Virus record (IMG/VR): IMGVR_UViG_3300030103_004108
Length of the DNA stretch: 28,936 nucleotides
DNA from: a virus
Reading direction: 5' to 3' (one strand)
Position 1 is the stretch's first letter. Every line of letters starts with the position of its first letter. The notes beneath the pieces were generated by a model. That model was not told the DNA's origin and searched no databases. It saw only the letters and a list, made by a program, of their open reading frames with translations. Of the stretch, positions 28,578-28,936 are shown piece after piece. A program made the translations under genes and the position numbers.

Positions 28578-28936
28578 ATTCTTCTTGTACGTTAAAACTT
28601 GGACAAGCTTTGTTAGCATATTCGTTGTGACCGTGAATCGTCATATCTTTATTGTGCTTGTATATTAATTCGTGCATAAGTTTTATAAGACTGTCTTTCT
28701 GTGCTTGTGTCCGTGTATCCTTCGGTTTCTTCATATCCTTAGTCATACCTCCAACGTAACAAATACCGATGCTGCCTCTATTCTGACCGCTACAATGCGC
28801 TCCGATTCTGTTTATATCACGTCCGACAGAAATTTTCCCGTCAAGGTGTATAACATAATGATAACCTATATCGTTAAAACCACGTTGTAAGTGCCACTTT
28901 CTTATTGTGCTTACGCTTACTTCACGTCCTACGGGT
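28564..28936 (-). CDS. Amidase_2 endolysin, 3' part (the same gene as 1..161; 28817..28936 duplicates 1..120)
   Basis: The frame stays open upstream of the 60-aa track ORF: ...GREVSVSTIRKWHLQRGFNDIGYHYVIHLDGKISVGRDINRIGAHCSGQNRGSIGICYVGGMTKDM...HGHNEYANKACPSF. Stop TAG at 28566..28564. Confidence 0.85.
   Translation of the reverse strand, partial: PVGREVSVSTIRKWHLQRGFNDIGYHYVIHLDGKISVGRDINRIGAHCSGQNRGSIGICYVGGMTKDMKKPKDTRTQAQKDSLIKLMHELIYKHNKDMTIHGHNEYANKACPSFNVQEEYANL
28817..28936. repeat. Terminal direct repeat, copy 2 (identical to 1..120)
   Basis: Base-for-base identity with 1..120. Confidence 0.95.

Noticed and set aside
28564-28746. The 60-aa ORF (MTKDMKKPKD...) listed as a separate gene.
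   Set aside because: The frame is open upstream of its ATG and continues through the circular junction to ATG 161. It is therefore the C-terminal part of the 137-aa amidase, not an independent gene.
1-28936. A search for tRNAs, CRISPR arrays, an integrase/repressor lysogeny module, transposases and reverse transcriptase/DGR elements.
   Set aside because: No non-coding gap is long enough for a tRNA with convincing cloverleaf arms, and there are no spaced direct repeats. No ORF showed integrase (R..H.R.Y), transposase (DDE) or RT (YxDD) motifs by eye. The RHH protein alone is not evidence of lysogeny.

Overview
The window is a complete, circularly closed genome of a small, low-GC tailed dsDNA phage. 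Bases 1..120 and 28817..28936 are identical, leaving 28,816 bp of unique sequence. All credible genes lie on the minus strand, packed tightly with many ATGA or short overlaps. Every plus-strand ORF in the track looks like an antisense shadow. Start codons lack Shine-Dalgarno sequences, and TAnnTTTG -7 boxes are present, which suggests a Bacteroidota (Flavobacteriia-like) host; this is inference.

Modules in transcription order (high to low coordinate):
- Early promoter at 27047..27135, followed by three small unknown ORFs.
- Replication genes: DnaA-domain-IV-like HTH, a replisome-organiser-like protein and a DnaB/RecA-fold helicase.
- A Mom-like putative DNA-modification enzyme.
- Recombination kit: NinG/Rap, Erf, a YqaJ-like exonuclease, a hand-found RHH ORF, a PD-(D/E)XK-like protein and a mini SSB-like protein. 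A strong terminator follows.
- An ECF-like sigma factor, then terS and terL.
- Neck, tail and tape-measure genes, then an XkdF-like protease, scaffold, HK97-like capsid protein and a putative major tail protein.
- A portal-MuF fusion and two paralogous LamG-like fibre proteins.
- Lysis genes: holin, an amidase split by the linearisation point, a unimolecular-spanin candidate and a translationally coupled metallophosphoesterase.

Most notable observations:
- A T9 slippery run with two long open frames downstream, in the gene after terL.
- A strongly strand-biased, frame-independent 9-mer (AAACACGAA).
- The u-spanin/metallophosphoesterase lysis arrangement.
- The Mom-like gene.
- Several small ORFs missing from the track.

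All functional calls come from motif recognition by eye, not from database searches.
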